DNA from: Antedon mediterranea
Taxonomy: Eukaryota; Animalia; Echinodermata
Assembly (NCBI RefSeq): GCF_964355755.1
Contig: NC_092679.1
Coordinates: 21,683,432-21,747,431, forward strand
Length of the DNA: 64,000 nucleotides
Reading direction: 5' to 3'
Every line of letters begins with the position of its first letter. Position 1 is the stretch's first letter. Under the pieces are notes generated by a model. It saw nothing but the letters and a program-made list of their open reading frames with translations. It made no database searches and was not told the DNA's origin. The translations under genes were made by a program, and so were the position numbers. This document shows, piece after piece, positions 57,955 to 64,000 of this stretch.

Positions 57955-58425
57955 AAGATTGATTTTCGAAAACATAATTGGTCTGACAGTATACATTAAT
58001 TAAAGTAAAGGAAGTAGAGATTGTTAACAATTATTGATAAGTATCTGGCAGTAGTGTTTGACTAAAGCTAAATGGGTGGACATGTTGATCGTAGTTAAAA
58101 AGTTAAATACAAGGCTCGGCTGTACTGCTTAAGGAAACTTGGTTCTTTGGGGTAAAGCAGGATATTTGTACTATAGAATGTTTATGTTTTACTAATCAGT
58201 GATGTTCTATTTGGGCATATTGTATATTGGGCTAGGAATATCAGTAAGGGAATAAATGTAAGGGGGATAAAGACCCAATTGAGAAGGTGCTGGGTAGAGC
58301 GTGGAAAGTAATTGGTTTGTCTAGTATGCAAATGCTTGACTCGTTCTACAGCGAACAGCTTGCCGATGTATTCCATGCTATATTGGAAGACACCAATCAT
58401 CCTCTTCATGGCGACATTATCAGCT
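57955..58425 (+). mobile_element. Decayed CR1-group LINE fragment (Rex-Babar/L2-like, post-RT region)
   Basis: Broken reading frame DFRK...EVEIVNNY/KYLAVVFD...KKLNTRL/YCLRKLGS...ILEDTNHPLH, motifs typical of the C-terminal part of CR1-group ORF2. Confidence 0.65.
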
Positions 58426-59035
58426 CCGTTTTACATTCGCTATTATAACGTTTTGATGCAAACGTTGTTCAATTAGAACATGTATTTCTACACAGAAACG
58501 TTTAAAAACGTGTTTAAAACATTTTAGAAAGACCAAACCTAAAAACATGCAATGTCAAACGCTGTGTTTTCTGGGAACAAAATGGTACAGATTCACTGAC
58601 AAAATTATAATGTTTATTTGTTTTACTGATTACCTAATAATCAGTATGTGATAAATGTACTACTGTCATCTTTATTAAATGTACTACTGTGTTATCGTTA
58701 GGTAAATTATATTTTTTATTTGTAACTGGAATAAAAACTTTCTTTATATACTTTCTGTATCTATAAATCTGTAAAAATTATATAGAAAAAAAGAGCCATA
58801 ATATACTGCATTAACTTGAAAACTGAAATTAATTCTACAGCATGCAGGGCGTAGTTGTTTTCCCTTTGTTGCTGAAACAACAAGCAAAACAAAAGAACAA
58901 AAGCAGCAGTATTTTAACACATTAACACACTCAATTAATAAATGGGACACCCCTATTTTTCCATCTTTTTATAATGGTATAGTCCATACAAGTTGAGGTG
59001 GCCGAAAACGGCACTTGATCCTTACACTGTAGCTA

Positions 59036-59205
59036 GCCTAGGCCTAGGCCCTAGCCTACTCAGGCCTAGCCTACTCAGGCCTAGCCTACTCAGGCCTAGC
59101 CTACTCAGGCCTAGCCTACTCAGGCCTAGCCTACTCAGGCCTAGCCTACTCAGGCCTAGCCTACTCAGGCCTAGCCTACTCAGGCCTAGCCTACTCAGGC
59201 CTAGC
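59036..59205. repeat. 15-bp perfect minisatellite (CCTAGCCTACTCAGG)x10
   Basis: Directly visible; produces the spurious RPSLL/LGLSR ORFs on both strands. Confidence 0.95.
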
Positions 59206-59503
59206 CGCGCCAACGAGGTGACAATTATGTACAATCTGTGTGGTGAGGCATTTATGTTCGGTGTATAAGACGCACCCTTAATTTAGAGGTCAAATTTGCG
59301 TGTCAAAAGTGCGACTTATACACCGAAATATACGGTACGTATAATAATCGGTATCCTTTACGAACCCACAGAAGCCAAAGTGTGATAATCACTACCCTTT
59401 TCAAAAACACTGCACACACATGCATTTCATGTACAGTTCATGATACCAACAGCATGTCCCATCCAAAGGACAAGATAATTGCTGTATTAAAGTAATTGCC
59501 TAA

Positions 59504-59663
59504 AGTTCTGTCTACACTATCAGACTTTATATGACTAGAAAATGTGATGTGCCCATATATAGACATGATGACATCATATCACTACCATATTTGGGCATAT
59601 CACTACTATATTTGGGCATATCACACTTTTTTGTCAAACTAGTTTGATAGTGTAGACAGAGCT
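59504..59663. mobile_element. Harbinger MITE family A copy
   Basis: Complete TIRs, TAA TSD. Confidence 0.85.
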
Positions 59664-60191
59664 TAAGAAAGGTAAATTGTTAGTAAAGTATATATCCTTC
59701 AAACAGATGGTTCAACAGATGGTACAGACAGGTATCGAACCCCTGACTTTGCACACGCTACTCCGATTCTTTACCATTACGCCATACCATACGCTCTCTT
59801 TCTACTAACTGCATTATATGCAGCACACACAGCGTTTATCTACATTTTAGTGTTTATAGCCATTGGGTAGAAATATAATGAGGTATTTAAATGCCAGACT
59901 TTGTCTATATATGGTAGGATTAGGTAGTTGATTGATAAAAAACAAGACGGAAGAATTTAGGATGTCGTATTAGTGTTGTTAAAGCTTTACTATTGTCTTG
60001 TCTTGGTCAATCTTGTGTCAAGGCTAGAATTAGATTTTTGTTCTGGCGGTTCCTTTGTGTTTCAGTCCGTCACTTAAATTGTTGATTCTTAAAGAAAAGT
60101 ACTCTACGTGTTCAGATTTCATCATTTTCAATAAAAATGTCACTTTCACATTCTTGACGTTGTATTACAAACTTGCAAAATCATTGTATAA

Positions 60192-60354
60192 AGCGCTGTC
60201 TACACTATCAAACTAGATTGACAAAAAAAAATGTGATGTGCCCAAATATTGTAGTGATATGCTCAAATATGGTACTGATATGACATCATCATGTCCATAT
60301 ATGGGCACATCACATTTTTTTTGTCACATAAAGTTTGATAGTGTAGACAGAGCT
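60192..60354. mobile_element. Harbinger MITE family A copy
   Basis: Complete TIRs, flanks TAA/TGA. Confidence 0.85.
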
Positions 60355-60914
60355 TGATGCTGTTTGAGTGGTCTTCACAAGGTGTCTAGATAATTCACCT
60401 AGATAATCTATATGCCACCATAAGAGATCTTTTTTCTGCAGTTACTGCATTAACTACAATTTTAACTGCAATAATTAACATATGCATTTAGTTTGTTTCA
60501 ATGTAGATGTTTATCAGTGAGTCAATTTATTTAAACAGTGTGTATGACAACCCCAAACAAAAACAGTAAACAATATTTGGTTACTGCAACAACTGCAGTA
60601 GCATATTTGACAATGAAATGTTCTCTAAGTTTATGAATTTTTTGGATCAAGGTGCAGAAAAAAATAATATGGTAATATGTTACCACTGCAGAATATTGAT
60701 TGACAAAAAAAAGATGAAATCAAATTTTAATATACATAATACATTCATTTTTAATCTTTTTTATAATGCTATAAAATAAGATTAAAAATGATCGTATTAT
60801 ATTAAAATATGATTTCATCTAACATATTTATTTTTCTAATCTTGGTTGTTTTTTTTTCCTTATTCTAGTATCATATCACATTTTTTTTTTATTATGGCTT
60901 AATTATGTGCCTAA

Positions 60915-61737
60915 GGGCCTGTTTCTGCTGTAACTGCTCAAAATACGGTATAAAAATACGGTATAAAATACGGTATTTTTTATACCGTATTTTTTAGTAC
61001 CCCGTTTCTGCTAACAATACTTCTTGGGTGGTCGTGTTAAATTTCATCTTTTATACCCAAATTGCCATTCATTTATTTGATCGATAATTAAAAGTTGTAA
61101 TAAAGGAAATTTTACGTCTCACTTTCAACAGCCTAGCCCTAGTGATAGAGATGTTGTGAGAGCACAGAAAACATCGTAATGGGGACAATTAATTCGTTCC
61201 CTCCCCGAGTTATTGTATTTTGCAATGTTGTACTGCTTTCGCAGGCTCTTCAGCTTTGAGTTTACTTGCTTTGGAGACAAGTTTATTCCATACTCCTGCT
61301 TTATTTTTTTAGAAATGTCTTTATAAATGTGGTTGTCCCTTTTATTACCTTTTAGTTGGTCAGACATTTTAGCTTCCCCACACACATTTATTTAGTAAAA
61401 CTGTGACGTCTTCGCTCCACATTTTCGCCGAATATATCTATACATGTGTGTAAAGCAGCTAACAGCGACAGAAAATAAAAACACGAATGGTGACCTTTTG
61501 TCATGTAAAAAAAAAATATGGTATTTTTTATTGGCAGCAGAAACGGGTACAAAAAATACGGTATAAATTTGTAAATACCGTATTTTATCCACAAATTTTG
61601 TGGGGAAAATACGGTATACAAAATACGGTATATTTTTTATGAGCGCAGTTTCTGCTGCCAAAAATATACCGTATATATACGGTATTAAAAAAATACCGTA
61701 TAATATACGGTATTTAGTTGGCAGCAGAAACAGGGCC
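60915..61737 (-). mobile_element. PIF/Harbinger deletion derivative carrying a Myb/SANT-like gene remnant
   Basis: TIRs GGGCCTGTTTCTGCTG / CAGCAGAAACAGGGCC, TAA TSD (60912-14, 61738-40), many AAATACGGTAT subterminal repeats; no DDE transposase. Confidence 0.85.
61125..61422 (-). pseudogene. Myb/SANT-like (trihelix) DNA-binding domain remnant of Harbinger, frameshifted
   Basis: MWSEDVTVLL then a +1 frameshift into INVCGEAKMSDQLKGNKRDNHIYKDISKKIKQEYGINLSPKQVNSKLKSLRKQY...GRERINCPHYD, the usual trihelix pattern. Confidence 0.75.
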
Positions 61738-63519
61738 TAATACACAGCTGTATTTCTCTAGTATTAGGATTCTACAAAATTATGTTTTGGTTTTCATTAT
61801 ACATAAATTAACTTGATAGTTTTGTTGTATACCTATTCAAACACATACTCCTGTATTATTGTTTTAATATATTGAGTAGCCATTTTACAACTTCAATACT
61901 CATTTCAAGTAATATCTATTTATTAAAGTTACTGTGCATTATATTAAATGTAAGGAAGTCAAAATTACAATTTTCATTTCTATAGATTTTACGATTACAA
62001 CTTTGTATGTTTTTTTTTTTGTAACGAATGTCTTATACTTTCGATTTTCGAACCAATGACAAACTAATCCAGAAATTAAATTCATCCTTCCAGTCAATTA
62101 CTAGAAAATGTAATCTACGATTTGATTGGTCGACTGAAACGAAAGAAAACTGACATTTCGTTGATTCACTTTGATTTTTTTTTTAAAGAAAAAAGCCATC
62201 ATAATTATCTTAATACTACTACTCAAATGAGAGTTCCAGATTTCACTGCATGTATGTAAAGCTTGTCTGGGAATTACCGTAAATCCTATTTTTCTTATCA
62301 TAACCCTAGTCTGAAATTTGCTGTTTGTCCCTTTTACTTTTTATCATTTGAAATTATCTTTTAGATAAAACATTTTTGCTTTTTATGTATTGGTTAATTT
62401 CTAGAAAAACTGAATTTAGTAATATTCTATTTCTGAGTTTATAACGTTATCACTATTAATACAAATTACAGAATTTATTTAATCAATTTCTTATTTTTTA
62501 TTTTTTTCCTTTTACATTATTCTTCTCAGTTGCACAACGTTATTAGATTTCTGTTTTTATTTCAATAAAATCACAAAATTCTTTATATTAATCAGTTTTA
62601 AAATTTCTGAGAAATGGAATTTTCATACAAAAATCTTTTTCCATAGAATTTCATCAAATTTGATGTAGAATACAGTTGAACCTCTATTGAGGGGACACCT
62701 TTGAGACATAACAAGTGTCAACTTCATAGAGTTGTGGTTGACCCTGGTGTTAAAACATGGATTTCTTCTTCATTGAAAAGTGTCCCCAAAATAGAGGTGT
62801 CCCAAAGGAGAGCTTCTATTCTTTATGTTCATGACAATCATACAGTTGTAAATCAACAAACTGAATTATATTTTATCTGACAGACAAAGTGTGAAAATGT
62901 GATAAAAGATTGCTAAAACGGAAGCAATTTAAAATCACTTGAATTGCTCACGTTTCGTTATCAATAAATAGGCAGAAAATTAAATTTTAGCGTACAGGAC
63001 GTGCACGTATTACACACATTGTCGTACTTGTGACAACCTTCAATGTGTGTAGTCTTTTAGAAGCGCTTGCCAATTTATAATTGGACAATATAGTAGAATC
63101 CATCCGTTGGGACACCCCTATTCAGGGACACCTCTATTAAGGGGACACTGTGAAAAGAATAATATATGTTTTTTACACTATGGGCAACCCCTATTCAATA
63201 AACATCTCTGTTGAGGGGACACTGAAAAGAATGAAAGGAAATACAGTATATGCTTTAACACTATTTAGACCAACTCTATTCAGGGGCATCCCTAATAAGG
63301 GGACACTTTTTCTTTTTCGAGTCGCAAAGACTCCTTTTAATTGGGGGGGGGGAGGGGCGTAGGGGGTTCAACTGTATAGATTTAACACTATCATGGCCAA
63401 CCCCTATTCAGTTGACAAACCTAAAGGGGACACTTTTGTCACGTGGGTCGTGCAGATGTCCCTTTAATGTTTATTTGTTTAGTTTTGTTAGTTTGAAGGG
63501 AAGAATTATGTTTTTTTAT

Positions 63520-64000
63520 TGTCCATACTTGATACAAGTAACAAATAACTTTTTTATAATATTTAATCAATAATCAGCAAGGCTATTATCACTTTTGAAG
63601 CCAAAAAAAAAATAAAATCTTGTAATTTTAATTTTCCAATCTTGATACAAGTAACAAATAATTTTTTTATCAGATGTTTTAATCAATAATCACGAAGGCT
63701 ATTATCACTTTTAAAGCAAAAAAAAATGATCCCTTTTATTAATTAAATTAATCTACATGAATAAAATCTTGTAATTTAAATTTTTCAATCTTGATACAAG
63801 TAATTTTGTTATCAGATGTTTTAATCAATAATCACGAAGGCTATTATCACTTTTAAAGCAAAAAAAAAAATGTTCCCTTTTATTAATTAAATTAATCTAC
63901 ATGAATAAAATCTTGTAATTTAAATTTTTCAATCTTGATACAAGTAACAAATAATTTTTTTATAAGATTTTTTAATCAATAATCAGGAAAGCTATTATCA
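63520..64000 (+). repeat. AT-rich tandem repeat, ~115-150-bp unit, at least 3.5 copies, running off the window end
   Basis: CTTGATACAAGTAA at ~63528, 63641, 63790, 63934; GCTATTATCAC recurs in register. Confidence 0.85.

Larger units (their letters stand above)
56425..59021. mobile_element. Merlin-like non-autonomous DNA transposon nested in the Tc2-like element
   Basis: ~51-bp TIR GGATCA(A/G)GTGCCGTTTTCGGCCACCTC(A/G)ACTT(A/G)TATGGACTATACCATTAT with 3 mismatches; perfect 8-bp TSD TTACACTG at 56417-56424 and 59022-59029. 5'-GG ends plus 8-bp TSD fit Merlin; the superfamily call is inferred. Confidence 0.8.
55741..59335. mobile_element. Non-autonomous Tc2/pogo-like DNA transposon hosting nested insertions
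   Basis: Perfect 27-bp TIR CCGTATATTTCGGTGTATAAGTCGCAC, TA TSD at 55739-40 and 59336-37, subterminal repeats TGTATAAGACGCACC. Confidence 0.88.

Noticed and set aside
58993-59268. ORFs with RPSLL / LGLSR repeats
   Set aside because: Translation artefacts of the 15-bp minisatellite on both strands.

Overview
AT-rich invertebrate metazoan (eukaryotic) genomic window; the species cannot be determined from sequence alone. Four genes are readable: (1) the 3' 30 coding exons of citron Rho-interacting kinase (CIT, + strand, 109-18914; 5' end lies upstream of the window); (2) a complete three-coding-exon TIMM9 gene on the - strand (20141-20628) that the ORF track misses; (3) the first ~7 coding exons of TALPID3/KIAA0586 (+, 21984-24879), head-to-head with TIMM9 as in vertebrates; (4) an intronless IRF2BP/IRF2BPL-like gene (+, 38509-40419). 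TALPID3 stops at a clean splice donor and I see no further exon in the remaining 39 kb, so IRF2BP and a CpG-retaining, CRE/AP-1/E-box-rich domain (~26-44 kb) appear to be nested on the same strand inside one giant TALPID3 intron. The non-coding DNA holds many transposable elements with readable ends: Harbinger MITEs, a Harbinger derivative with a frameshifted Myb/SANT gene, a MULE with 9-bp TSD, a Helentron/HINE-type element, a 5S-rRNA+tRNA chimeric SINE, and a Russian-doll nest (Tc2/pogo-like > Merlin-like > two LINE fragments). TAGGCCTA/CTAG-rich tracts flank promoters and point to a possible unannotated antisense promoter at ~43.5-43.7 kb. All calls are by eye; no database searches were run.
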